Source of the DNA: Octopus vulgaris
Taxonomy: Eukaryota
NCBI GenBank assembly: GCA_951406725.2
Contig: OX597818.1
Location: 33,294,001 to 33,358,000 of the forward strand
DNA: 64,000 nucleotides
Direction of reading: 5' to 3'
Numbering within the stretch: the first letter of the stretch is position 1; every line of letters starts with the position of its first letter. Shown here in pieces: positions 14,745 to 27,099 of this stretch. Below the pieces are notes generated by a model. That model searched no databases and was not told where the DNA came from. It saw nothing but the letters and a program-made list of their open reading frames with translations. A program made the translations under genes and the position numbers.

Positions 14745-14835
14745 TCGAAAAATACCATAGGAATGAGAACCCAGGTTCGAAATTACCCCCAAGGCACCTG
14801 ACGAAGGTTAAAGTGTATATGAGGCGAAGAGTTTT
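14523..14835. mobile_element. Rearranged (partly inverted) copy of the tRNA-headed, hammerhead-like SINE family E
   Basis: 14523-14676 is the reverse complement of the head and tail of the 58947-59234 element. 14677-14835 is its middle segment, including CTGACGA at 14798, in + orientation. Confidence 0.7.
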
Positions 14836-15149
14836 CACTTATTTAAAATAATTCCAGGTTTCTACTACAGACGATGCTATTATATTGCTAACAAGGGAGA
14901 ATCTCTGTGACACTGTCAGTCGACTTGGAGAAATAATCACCAAGTTTATCTGGAAAACCGAAGCACACGTTAGATAATGCATTATACTTACCTTTAGATA
15001 CATGGTGCTTATTGTTACAATAAGAAATTTTACGCTATTCGGGGTAGCTCTAAATGCACAATACCAGGATTTGTCACAACTACATCTAACCCTGCACATA
15101 CAGTTTAGCAACGTTTAAACAAGAACAACATACTATAAAAAATCCGCTC

Positions 15150-15265
15150 GCATGTTTTTGGTCAGCCCGAGACTATAGAAGACTCCTGCCCAAGGTGCCA
15201 CGCAGTGGGGCTGAACGCGAAACCATAATGTTGGGAAGCAGACTTTTTACGACACAGCCATGCCT
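15150..15265 (-). mobile_element. SINE family C head fragment
   Basis: Reverse complement of the 39961 head (cccaaggtgccacgcagtggggctgaac…cacagccatgcctgc). Confidence 0.7.
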
Positions 15266-15546
15266 GCAATTACCAACATCTCTAAAGTTAAATTTATTAC
15301 AATTATATAGAAAAATTTTGTGACGGAGCCTTTGCTGTAAAATTGAATATCGGATAAAATGCTGTGCTTTTCTTTTCTTTTTAACGGTGATGTAAAATTT
15401 TAGTCGAAAGTGTACTCTATGTATATTACATATAGTTAATACACGCTCCATATTGAAAACTTACCTAGCACAATTTTGCCTTAGATCCATTAGGACCATT
15501 AAGTAACATATCAGAAGTATACATATGCAATATTCTATCAATAATA

Positions 15547-16120
15547 AGACGGCGAGCTGGCAGATATGCTAGCACGCTGGGCGAAATGCTTTGCGGTATT
15601 TCGCCTGCCGCTACGTTCTGAGTTCAAATTCCGCCGAGGTCGACTTTGCCTTTCATCCTTTCGGGGTCGATTAAATAAGTACCAGTTACTCACTGGGGTC
15701 GATATAATCGACTTAATCCGGTCTGACCTTGTTTGTCCCCTCTATGTTTAGCTCCTTGTGGGTAGTAAAGAAATAGGTATTTGGTCTGCCGCTACGTTCA
15801 GAGTTCAAATTCCGCCGACGTCGACTTTGCCTTTCATTCTTTCGGAGTCGATTAAATAAGTACCAGTTACGCATTGGGGTCGATATAATCGACTTAATCC
15901 CTTTGTCTGCCCTTGTTTCTCCTCTCTGTGTTTAGCCTCTTGTGGGTAGTAAAGAAATAGGTATTTCGTCTGTCTCTACGTTCTGAGTTCAAATTTCGCC
16001 GGGATCGACTTTGCCTTTCATCCTTTCGGGGTCGATAATACCAGTTGCTTACTGGAGTCGATCTAATCGACTGATCTCCTCCCCCCAAATTTCGGGCTTT
16101 GTGCTTGGAGTAGAAAAGAT
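15547..16120 (+). mobile_element. SINE family A trimeric concatemer (one head, three bodies; tails B, B, A)
   Basis: Junctions read aaagaaatag|gtattt(c/g)gtctg at about 15775 and 15960. A flanking direct repeat tattctatc lies at 15531-39 and 16121-29. Confidence 0.9.
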
Positions 16121-16892
16121 TATTCTATCGAAAACATCACCTCCATTGCATGACTTTGTATCTAGTCAAATATAAATCAATATTAATAATAAGCTGAACT
16201 AAATACAAATTGTTAATATCCTCTTTTTTTTTTCTTTCTCAGCCGAAAAATGTATAATAATTCACTAAGCATTTAGTTCTTGAACAAACAAAAGTATAGA
16301 ACAGAATAAATATCATTGTGTTTCATGGCTTAAAATACAATAAGGAAAAAGTAGTGGATGTGAGTATAACTGACAGCACTACTAAAAAGAAAAGAATGTG
16401 TGCATATACTAAAAATGATTGATATAAATGTGTGCAGTTTTTGTGCGACTGAATCTTCGGGTGGTTTTCTGTATGTGCGTGAGTGTTTGTATGTGATGTA
16501 TTAATGTAAGATTTCATATGTTGTAAGATAAAAAATAAAACGGATTTAGTATTTTATGTTGATATCTTGATTAGGTATTACTTTTCATATAATATTCTAT
16601 TATTATTTGCATAATTCTTGTTTTCATTGATTTTATTTTTCAGAGCAAATATTTATTTTTCTAAAGCACTACAATCCGACTTTTTATGATAAATTTATAT
16701 TTAGAGTATGATATGAAGCAGAATATGATTGACTGCATAAAAAGCAAATACGAAATCCTACGAATGCAGAATGTTAAACCATTGTATATTCATTTATATT
16801 AGCTATGTCTTTCTATGTATATATTTAAGTCCATAGTATGTATTTACGTGTGATTACATACATACATATCCATCTATCCCTCCATCCATCAT

Positions 16893-16950
<58 letters not shown>

Positions 16951-17149
16951 GATCGTTTTATATATGCGTGTGAGATTATATGTGAGTGTGAGTATCTGTA
17001 AGGGTGAGTGTTTGTGTGAATACACATATACGCACATATGTTTCAGTATGTATATCGATGAATGGGTATGTTTGAGTATGTATTCATACCAAAGTCTGTA
17101 TGTATGTCAGACTTCAACTATTTTTAACTATGTATCTAAACGCTAATTG

Positions 17150-17980
17150 TGCAGATAATCGAAGTTAATGAAATATTTCCAGCTTAATATTTTATATATG
17201 TAACATCCTACTGTATCTGCGCTTCCTACGCTGAATGCTCCCCTGGGGTTATTTCCTGCGATGATCTTGCGGATATTCCCATCTGGTGTTGCCATACTGC
17301 TTCTGTTTCTATAAATCTGCGTCACAACATTCTCTCGAGTTCGATGCAGTTCTTCGATTTGTCTTCTTTCAGCAATACAAGGGATATACGTTTTGACCTG
17401 TTAATATATGGCATAGATTTCTCTATGCGTGGAGATAGACAGCGTGTGGTTTGTTACTGTTTTTCAAATTTCAGATAAGATTTACGAGCTTTTGTGCATT
17501 CATTTTGTGCATTCGTGTTTGGAAAATGACTAGGTGATTGTTGTATTTCTTTTCAAATCACTTTTTGCATAATGTTATATAGTTTTGCTTTCGATTCCCG
17601 TATTTGACGGAACAGAGGTGGTCTCTGTTTTGTAACCGAATGAGTTAACTATGCGTGCCTGGTATGGTGGGGGAATTTCTGAATTCCTAAAATTGCGGCT
17701 TTGAGTGCATGCTGGTTCGCTCACTAGAAATTTTGCTTCTCACATTAGGGTAGCAGTTGTAGGAAGTTTACACAGAACATGCTTTGAATATTTTCTCATA
17801 TTTATGTCTATCGAAGAAATGATTATCAATCAAGGCAAAGAATTTTTTGCCAACATGAGTTCTAACATTCAGGAGCCTAGAGAGTGCAAACAATTTTAGT
17901 GTCTTGTGTTTGTGATAAGGTTTGGTCCTTGTTTGACTGTATAATATTATCTCTTTCGGCCAGGGCTGCTTTATCAAAAA
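17150..17980 (-). mobile_element. Decayed Penelope-like element (linker region before the GIY-YIG domain)
   Basis: LNVRTHVGKKFFALIDNHFFDRHKYEKIFK followed by (KL)SYNCYPNVRSKI resembles the PLE linker motif NV.TNIGK.FL.LIDKHF…HKIFN…KLSYSC.PN. Boundaries are approximate. Confidence 0.65.
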
Positions 17981-19735
17981 ATACTTTTACAGGAAGAGAG
18001 ATTAGATATCATACAGAGATTACATGAGTAATTTCTTTAGATGTAAATACTCAACATTAAGAAGTGTTCTTCATTGAATGGGTTAAATGGACATAGCTAT
18101 TATTGCCCTTTTCCTTAAAACATTTCTGGCTTTCTTGTCAAAATCTTTTCTCGTTTGTTCTTCTTGTAATTCCACAAAGATCCTGAATAATTGCCGGGCT
18201 GTGTAGGTTATGCTGTACAAACTGGTTCAATCCCTGCACTGTTCTCTTGCTCATTATTTTCTTGAATCTCTAATTTTACTCTTTCTTGAACTTAACATTT
18301 AGAAATGGTTATGTTTTTTATTCATTAAGTTGTTTCTTCCTCGAAGAAAGCATTTCCTTCAGTTTAATGTCATTTAACCTTGACCTTCCAGCCAGCCAGC
18401 CAGCCAGCCAATCTCTTTTCTTTTCAAAATTCAGCTGTGTTATTATAAAGCCGAAATAGTTTATCATGTAGGAAATACGACAACAACCAATATATCGAGC
18501 GACTTCATAAAACGAACGTCGCTGGCTGGGTCGTTATTTACAATGGTGCCACTGATATGCTTCTTGATTGAATCATGAAAAGCTGGAAACCATATTTCTA
18601 CTATCAGACAAAAACAATCTATACAAAAATATTATAAGACATAAAACCAAATATACTTTAAAATAGATTAAAGAACGGGAAACCATTATATATAATGGAA
18701 CATGTCAATTATGCATCTAATTATATAATATCAAAGCAATCAACTTAATTAACACTTCTTTCTTGTTAGAATCGACTTTTCTGAAGATCAATCCAAGCAG
18801 TAACCGTATCGATCACCCGAGTTTAAGACAGCAGACAAAGATCATACGCGCTATTTCTCTTCTACTGTTCAATTAATATAAACACAAAGTAGATACAGAA
18901 GAAGGATACACACATATGCACACACGTAGGAAATAATAGATATGCTCTTATGCTGATACAGACATTGTGTTCCATGAGTTCCCATATTATATTTATCGAG
19001 GTTTGATTAATATAATCTTCAGCGTCCATTTGTAATATTCTAAAGCTTACATTGACTAAACTGCATAAATTCCAGAAAATGTTATTTTTTGTAAGAATCT
19101 GTTAGAAAAGACGCATGAATGTTGTCTTTTATTTAACATTACTTTTATATTAACAGTTAGGTAGGAATACTGTTTTTGCTATGTCTATATTAATAGCTAA
19201 GAATATAAATATGCCTACATGGAAACGTTTAAAAAATATACATTTATGTTGTTTCATTGTGTCATAATATTTTCTTCATATACATGCGTACATACAAACA
19301 GAGATGCATGGATATATAGACAAACACAGAAATATGTATATAGGGATAAAGTTTCTTCATACTGTACAGTGAAATATATTAGTAGAGATAGAAATATTAT
19401 TCTGTGAGTCTAGAGATATCTTTTCTTTCCTTACATTTAGATATAAAAATTCTGGATTTTCCCAAGGAAATGATAGAACAGAACTTAAATCTTTTCAACA
19501 TTCTTTTTATATTTATATATATATTCCATGTGATTGACAAGATAAACTCTCCAGCGTTCGACGAAGACAAAACAGAAAGGAAAAAGCTAAACGGTTTTAA
19601 GCTTTATTCTTATAATTTCCTTAGGAAAATCCACACTTGTTATATCTATTTATAAATAAACAACGAAAAATTACATATTTTACAACTAATTTTTATAACA
19701 CTACGAATACATACATACATATTTAAAAGCACACA

Positions 19736-19799
<64 letters not shown>

Positions 19800-20914
19800 A
19801 TATACGTACGTATGTATGTATGTATGTTTGTATGCATGTATGTATGTATGTATGTATGTATGTATATATATATACCTTCGTGTGTTTATTCGTAAGAACA
19901 AGGATGACAGATAAAATAAAACATTCAGTTAATTCTGTTACGTTTCTATGTCAATTTATTCAGAAATTGAGGTGTGGTTTGCTGTCGAAGTTAGATATTT
20001 TGTAGGTTGTTAAAGAGTACACATTCTGAATATTTGACAAAGAAAAAACATCGTGAGTTTAAGAGTATAAAAGCATCATGTTCGTTCTTCATTTTCGACT
20101 TTGTCGACATTGATTGAAGAAACATATGATCAAAGACATTCCTACCGTCACCATCACCTCTTTTATTTTGAATTTAGTACTTCAAAGTCGAGAATGTCCT
20201 AACGGCCTCGAGCGAATCTCAGTCAATGGTGTAGCTGAAGAACGGTCTAGGCCACGCTAACAAAATAGACCTATGATCAGTTTATTTCGAGCTGTTACCA
20301 TTGAACTTTTTCTTCATAAAATGACTGCATTTGGGATTATCTAATGCAATTTCCCACCTCCTTTTTAAAAGCAGATATGGTCACGACCATTTTGCAAACA
20401 TTTTATATTAAACTAAATTCAACTGCTGAGTGAGAGAGAGAGGAGCAAAGAAAGAGAGAGAGAGAGAGAAAGAAAGAGAGAGAAGAAGAGAGAGAGAATG
20501 TCTACACCCTTCGCCGACATTTTCGACGGATAAGATCGATGTAATTACCATTCCACTCCAAGTGTTCCAAATCTATGGCTCTACGAAAATTAATTTCAAG
20601 CAGGTGACAGATGTTATATTGTTACGTTCTCTCAAATATGCCTTTGTTTTGCATATTCATGTTAAAATGTGTTCCATCATGAACATACTCTGCTAATCTT
20701 GTGTTTTTACATATTTATTTACATAGTGATTTTAGTGAGAATTTGGCTGATACAAATTTTGAATTTGCTGTATTCAAACGGATACAGCAAATACATTAGT
20801 CTTGCGGTTCGTTCATTTCCAGTTCTATAGCTGTTAATTTAGATCTGTTAAGGAATGTTAATTTAGCTTGTCTAATAAGTTCTGGAAAGCCTATGAAGAT
20901 GACAGAACAATCAA

Positions 20915-21119
20915 TCAGTGAACCACATGGTTCCGGGTTCAGTCCCACTGCGTGATAATTTGGGTAAGTGTCTTCTACTATAGCCATGTGGTTCCGGGTT
21001 CAGTTCCACAGCGTAGTAGGTTGGGCATGTCTCTTCTACAATTGCTAATTGCCTCGGGCCGACCAAAACCTTGTCAGTGGATTTAGTAGGAGGAAACTGA
21101 AAGAAGCCCGTTGCTTATA

Positions 21120-21167
<48 letters not shown>

Positions 21168-21390
21168 TGCGTGTTTGTGTCTGTGTTTGTGCCCCCACCA
21201 TCGTTTGACAACCAATGTTGGTATGTTTTTCTCCCCGTAACTTATCGGTTCGGCAAAAGATACCTATAGAATAAGTTCTGGGCGTACAAAGAATAAGTCC
21301 TGAGGTCGACTTCTTTGACTAAAACCCCTAAAGGTGGTGCTCCAGCACGGCCGCAGTCAAAAGAATGAAACAAATAAAAGAATAAAATAA
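20915..21390 (+). mobile_element. SINE family C with duplicated head segment and internal (TA)n
   Basis: Matches 39961-40375. The segment ggttccgggttcagt(c/t)ccac occurs twice (about 20929 and 20990). Confidence 0.8.
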
Positions 21391-21970
21391 CATTACCCGA
21401 TCTTGGCAAGATATAATGTAGAAAGACCCATAGCATAAGACCTCATTCTAATGCAAAATTCCATCTATATGGTGAGGCCTACAGGTAGGAAAGCATGTAC
21501 ACTATTGTATATATAAACATAAAGAAGCAAGTACTAGGCTTGCACAAAATATCATTATTTGCTTGTTAGTCGACAATCTTAGCCATCTCAAGTCTGAATT
21601 ATATGCACATGCATTGAGGCATTTATTTTAATGTAAATTCAATGCACGATTACTGACAACGCTGTTGCTGCTGCTACTGTTGCTGGTACTACCGCTAACT
21701 TATATTTAGCTGAGTAGATTGAAATATAGAAAATTCAATGGCCTTCAATACGGCAACAATGTATCGCATAGCCCATATATGGAACCCACGAGTTTAAAAT
21801 ATTGAGCTCACACACATTCAAAACAATTCCTTATATACATATACAAATATATATATAATGGCGGTGCCCCAGCATGGCCACAGCTTGTGAGCTGAAACTA
21901 AATAAAATAAAATTAAATTAAATTTTAAAAAATATATATATATATACGCGCGCACGCACAAGAATACATA

Positions 21971-21996
21971 CAGGGTACGATGGATAAATTCTCGCC

Positions 21997-22038
<42 letters not shown>

Positions 22039-23237
22039 AAGAGAGAGAGAGAGGGTGTGAGGTATTTGAGGACATACCATTTTTTAGTTATTGCTGCATT
22101 TTTTGCTAACTCTGTATAATATTTGTTTAAGAAAATAATAAAGGCATACCCTCAGCTTACTCAAGATATGAAGAGACATGCTGTTATTGTGGTTATAAAG
22201 GCTTAGCTTAGCGATTACAAATATCTCGATTCGTAAAAGTTGCAGGATCTTTCGTCTAAAAAGTTTGTAAGGAGCTAGAGACTGAAGATGGAAACATGTC
22301 ACCAGTATCAAAGCATAAAAAGCATTCTAAACACCTTTGTAATAATCAAAACACCTGAAGTTATCCAGCAAGCTCAACAGCCCATTGATTACAATCCCAG
22401 AAAGTCCATGAAGTCAATTTCAAAAGATTTCCATATGTGAAAAGGAACAATCAGAAATGTTGTCCACGAACACATCAGATATAAGTCCCATAAGATTAGG
22501 GAAGGTCAATTTGTCAGAAAAACAAAAGAAAATCACATCATATCTAACAGGCTCTTAAACAAACTGAAAAATTCAGCAGAAGCAGAAGCAGATTTGGGCT
22601 TTCGCAAAAGATAAAACTTGGACCAAGATCAAAAAGGTAATAGAAGAAATAACAGATGGTTATGTCCAGATCCTTCTGAAGTTCCAAGTGTTATACATAC
22701 AAAATTTCCTGCAACTATCATTGTTCTAGGGGTTGTCAGTAATGAAGGACATGTGATGCCTCCTTGCTTCTTTCCACAAGGCCTTAGATTTAACTCTGCC
22801 GCTTACATTGAGGTCCTGCAAATAATTGTTAAACCCAGGATTTACAGTGTATGCAATGAAAGATCATATGTGTTTTAGTAAGATTCTGCACCATCACTTA
22901 TGGCTCTAGTAACACGGGAATATATGGCTGTAAATTTTCATGATCACATAACCCCTAACATTTGGCCTCCTAATTCCCCAAGTCTCAAAGGTTCTTTGAA
23001 AGCTGCCATAGTCAAAGTAATGTCCAAAATGAACCAGAACCACTTGATTGAAGCATGTAGATGATTTAGATCTCATATAGGAGTTGTTGAAGCTGATTGT
23101 GGTTTTATTGAATAACATTATAGAAAAGAAGGTTTATTTTTATCCTCATAGCAGTTTTTGATAATCAAAGTTATTATCTATCGTATATGTTTTTGTTTAT
23201 AAACATAAATCTATCTTCAAATATCTTACGCACCCTG
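21971..23237 (+). mobile_element. Decayed Tc1/mariner-superfamily transposon, maT (DD37D)-like
   Basis: Ends are TA|CAGGGT…CACCCTG. Translation includes NRRNNRWL..TKFPATIIVLGVVSNEGHVMPPCFFPQGLRFNSAAYIEVL..VKP..YVF**DSAP..WPPNSP and EACR*FRSHI..VEADCGFIE. Stops are present and the third-Asp region is deleted. Confidence 0.85.
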
Positions 23238-23356
23238 TGTGTATATATATATATATATATATACAGTGAGAAAGAGAGAGACAGAGAGATCGCTAGCCAC
23301 TATACTTTTTTCGATTTTCTATTTTTTCTATTTTCTCTCACTGTTTATTTGTGTTC

Positions 23357-23393
23357 CTTTCTGTTGAAGAGCGTAGGCTTGAAACATAAAAAG
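23357..23393 (+). ncRNA. Decayed minimal hammerhead in a short PLE-terminus-like repeat (about 23290-23482)
   Basis: CTTT-CTGTTGA-A-GAGC-gtag-GCTT-GAAA-CA-TA-AAAAG. Same family as 43944, sharing the downstream gagcgt(t/c)aaacta. Confidence 0.5.
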
Positions 23394-23477
23394 ACATTCT
23401 CACTTCCTGAGCGTTAAACTAATACATGTGTTTGTTGTTTACACACCCGTCTTCGTCTTTTGTTTTTTTGTAAATTC

Positions 23478-23584
<107 letters not shown>

Positions 23585-24224
23585 ATAATACATATACATA
23601 TATATACATATTAGTGTGTTTGTGTGTGTGTATAGGTAGGTAGATAGGTATGTATATGTGTATATATACATACGCACACACACACACGTACATATACATA
23701 TGTATAATCTTTATAATCGCACACACGCCGACATGTATAAGGAGAATGCGAAGGTTAGAGAATTACGTGGTATATGAGAATGGATATGTGATATAGATAC
23801 GCTAAGATAATAAGTAGTGTTGATCCTGCTTCTGTCTTGAAAAACGAATCTAGTTGAGACGGATGTCCTGCAGAAATCAATAAAAGAAAGCTATAATAAT
23901 TGTGGATATATATTGACTCAATAAGGATCGTAAATAACCTTTTGATCTTCCCTTCAAATCGCTGAAGGCTATAATCTGCGTTCATTTATATCCAATAATG
24001 CGTCTTTGATATCTTGTTATCTGGAATTATATAAACAAACTGCATATACATAAAATCTATAGATATATATATATAGATATGCTGTAACACATACGATGAC
24101 TAAAAATTATCTATCTACAAAATATTATCATATAATATATGGCTACATACCACTGTAACCGCGGACAACCTACCGTATCAGCTATTTAATTATTGTAAGC
24201 GTTTGTAACAATAATAATTATAAA

Positions 24225-24375
24225 TGTTTCTAGGTCAAACTCCGCCGAGGCCGACTTTCCCCTTCATCCTTTCGGGGTCGATAAATTAAGTACCAGATGC
24301 ATACTGGGGTCGATCTAATCGACTGGCTCCCTTCCCTTAAATTTCGGGCCTTGTGCCTGGAGTAGAAAAGAACAA
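24225..24375 (+). mobile_element. 5'-truncated SINE family A, tail A
   Basis: Family A body with tail …cgggccttgtgcctggagtagaaaag. Confidence 0.85.
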
Positions 24376-24377
24376 TA

Positions 24378-24595
24378 ATCATTTCTACTAAAGGTGCAAG
24401 GCGGGAAATTTTAGGGGAGGAGGTAAGTTTATTACATCAATCCCAGTGTTTCACTGGTACTTAATTTATCAACCCCGAAAGGATGAAAGGCAAAGTCAAC
24501 CTCGGCGGAATTTCACCTCAGAACGTATATACAGACAAATTGCCGCTGAGCATTTTGACTGGCGTGCTAACAATTTTGCCGCGTTGGCACCTTTG
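24378..24595 (-). mobile_element. SINE family A, tail-to-tail with the preceding copy
   Basis: Reverse-complement body accccgaaaggatgaaaggcaaagtcaacctcggcggaattt. Confidence 0.85.
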
Positions 24596-24631
24596 TAATA
24601 ATAATAATAATAATAATAATAATGAAAATAC

Positions 24632-26629
24632 TTTCTTTAATTGGCCACAAGGACCGAACACAAGACAAATAGGGACGATATAATACAGGAGACAAGTGAG
24701 GTGTTGAAGAATGCTGTGTATACAATAAGTAACAAAAAACAATTAACAAAACCAACAACAAAATTATCCGAAAGCGGGGAGTTCCTCACAAGGACAACCG
24801 GCAAACTCCGCACATTCTGGTTATCCCGACCGCTAGATGGAACTCAGCAGGCATCTCTCTCCTTCCCTAACTCCTTTGGTAGGCCCATTCACACGAGATA
24901 TCCTCGCAAAATTCACCCACCTTTCAACTGGTGGATAGGCAGAACTTCCCTCTCTATTCTCACTTTCCTTTTCAGGTGGAACTTGAAAAAGTCAATGAGA
25001 GATTGATCGAAAAGGAAAGTATCTGTCTCGAGTCCCTTCAATCTCATCCATCACAATACCTTCTTCATCGTAGCCACCAGACAGGGGAAAACTATCTTTC
25101 TCTCCCGCACAAAGGAAGGCGGCGGAGCATTCTTCACGATGGACTCGACTGATAACTGTATCTGTCCTACTCGTGACAAAAGCTGTTCGACAAAGCTCGT
25201 CAAATCAGTAATACACGGACAAGGAACGAGTGCACATAGGATGATTTCGTCGCCTTGCAAATACCTAGGATAGGTCCGTCTGACAGCAATTCCATGTCTG
25301 TAAAGCTTTGCTTCAAACCAGATCTCCCTAGTAACACTACCACGCTAGGGATTTCTGGAAGTTATCGAACGGGCCAGGCCTGAAAGCCCTCCGGAAAAAC
25401 CAGTTAGTTGATCCTGCCCGACGTCCAAAATTTACCCGAGTGCGTCGTCGCTCTTCCCCTCCACCAATCCCCTATAGAATTCCACAGTGGAACTTCTATC
25501 AACTGCGTTGCCTGACGAGCAGAAAGCTGTGAGCGCTTGCCGACACTCCAGGTGCCAAGCGCCCTTTCTTGGTCTACGCTTGATCCAAGAATGTAGCTCC
25601 GTCAATGAGACGAGCTGCCGAAAATTTTGTGTGACAAACGGCGAGCAAACCTGCTAACCGTTAAGAAAACACTGGAGGTGTCGCAGTCTCAGCTCGCGTC
25701 CGCGTATCGTTAGCAACTTCATGCTCAGTCCTCCACAAAGCGGCTGTTGACAGCAGATGGACCGTTTGACGAGCGGAACACGTCCCTTCTACAGAAAGCA
25801 AAATAGCAAGCGCTACAGCTTATTCAGTCATGAAGCAGGGTAGGGGGCAACGATCAGGCGGTTGTAGATGACGGAAACGATGTACGCATTCACCACCCGA
25901 TCATTCAAGGGCAGCTTCATCTCTGCCCATTTCTGGATGAGATTGGCTAACCTGCCTGTCACCCACCCACCCACACCTCCTGTTTCTTGTCCACCTGGTA
26001 GTCCGGACCAAACCAGACTTCAAGCAATTTAACTGGTCCTTCTGTCCAGCTGTCAGTTGACATGGACCTGCCTCTCCAGGTGCCGTGCTACAGGCCCACC
26101 ATCTTGTCCTGATTTTTGTTCCTGTCATAGCTTCGTACCCCCTTAAGGTAGTGCTGATCGCCCCAGTTCTCGAGCTAGTGAGCCAGCACGTACAGAAGGG
26201 GAGAGAGTGGGCATCCTTGACGGACAGAATAGGCGATTCTAAACGATTCCGGTTTGTGGCCGTTTACTTTACCACAGAACAGATGTCGCTGTACCTTGCG
26301 GCGATCCAGCATCTGAAAACGGGACCGAAACTGGCCGCTGCGAGGACAACTTCCAAATATTGATGGTCAACCTATCAAAAGCTTTCGCGTACTCGAAATT
26401 GATCTGAGCTCCACCCATACCAGGTTTCTTCCCTATCCTAAGTTGTAGTGCATGAGGTAGAGGTTACCGTGGATAGATCTCTTTGGGATATAGCATGTCT
26501 GTGAATAACCGGCCCATTTGTCGACGACAAGAGCTAATCTATTGTCTAAACCTTTGCCAAAATCTTATAATCTGCGTTCAGCAGAGTTATAGTCCTAAAA
26601 TTGTTTATTTGATCCCCCTTGTACGGGTC
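24632..26629 (-). mobile_element. 5'-truncated L1/Tx1-clade LINE (ORF2 RT to C-terminus, plus 3' UTR), decayed
   Basis: Minus-strand translation across frameshifts gives KGDQINNFRTITLLNADYKILAKV, QTCYIPKRSIHGNL, AKAFDR.DHQYL, SVRQGCPLSPLLYVL and YEAMTGTKI, which are L1/Tx1 RT motifs. The 3' end reads ggtccttgtggccaattaaagaaa. Confidence 0.85.
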
Positions 26630-26999
26630 TGTAGTGGTCTATGAATTATGTAGTTCTCTTGGAAGTTTCTAGAATGTCTAGCATTCCATTAATAAAAGCA
26701 GCTTGCTAACACTGCTCTTTGTTTCTTAGACGATTAGACTTAGAGCCATTCATGTCATTGCTATACCCGTCTATTTCTCTACGCCACATGTCTGAAAGCC
26801 ACCACTTAGCTGTTATTTCTACATTTCGTATCTCTGAACATTCTATTCAACTAGATTCTACATTTTGATTATGTATCATCATCGACCAGTAAATAAAATA
26901 TATAGTTCTTGAATATATTCTTCATCTCTATATGAAATCTTGTAATAATATAGACGCAGCCATATCAACACCTGGTACTAAATATATATTTCCACTACA
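26630..26999 (+). repeat. 5' LTR of a Gypsy element (370 bp)
   Basis: TG…CA ends with an 8 bp terminal inverted repeat TGTAGTGG/CCACTACA, followed by a PBS at 27005. Confidence 0.85.
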
Positions 27000-27004
27000 T
27001 AAAT

Positions 27005-27025
27005 TGGTGACAAGCCTGATGTGGA
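27005..27025 (+). promoter_or_regulatory. Primer binding site, probably tRNA-Trp (degenerate)
   Basis: TGGTGACaagCCTGATGTG starts 6 nt after the LTR and resembles the tRNA-Trp 3' complement TGGTGACCCCGACGTGAT, the primer known for the CsRN1 clade. Confidence 0.6.
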
Positions 27026-27099
27026 TCCCAAATTCTATCCTGGAGAATATTTAGTTGTATTCTACATATTTAGTTATATCCTAATACTTTCCATGTCAT

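Noticed and set aside
15547-16120. CRISPR-like or satellite array
   Set aside because: The units are ~185 bp SINE bodies with no repeat-spacer structure, in a eukaryotic context.
22280-22305. CTGAAGA-TG-GAAA-CATG-TC hammerhead-like string
   Set aside because: No stem II and no stem I pairing; it lies inside the maT transposase coding remnant.
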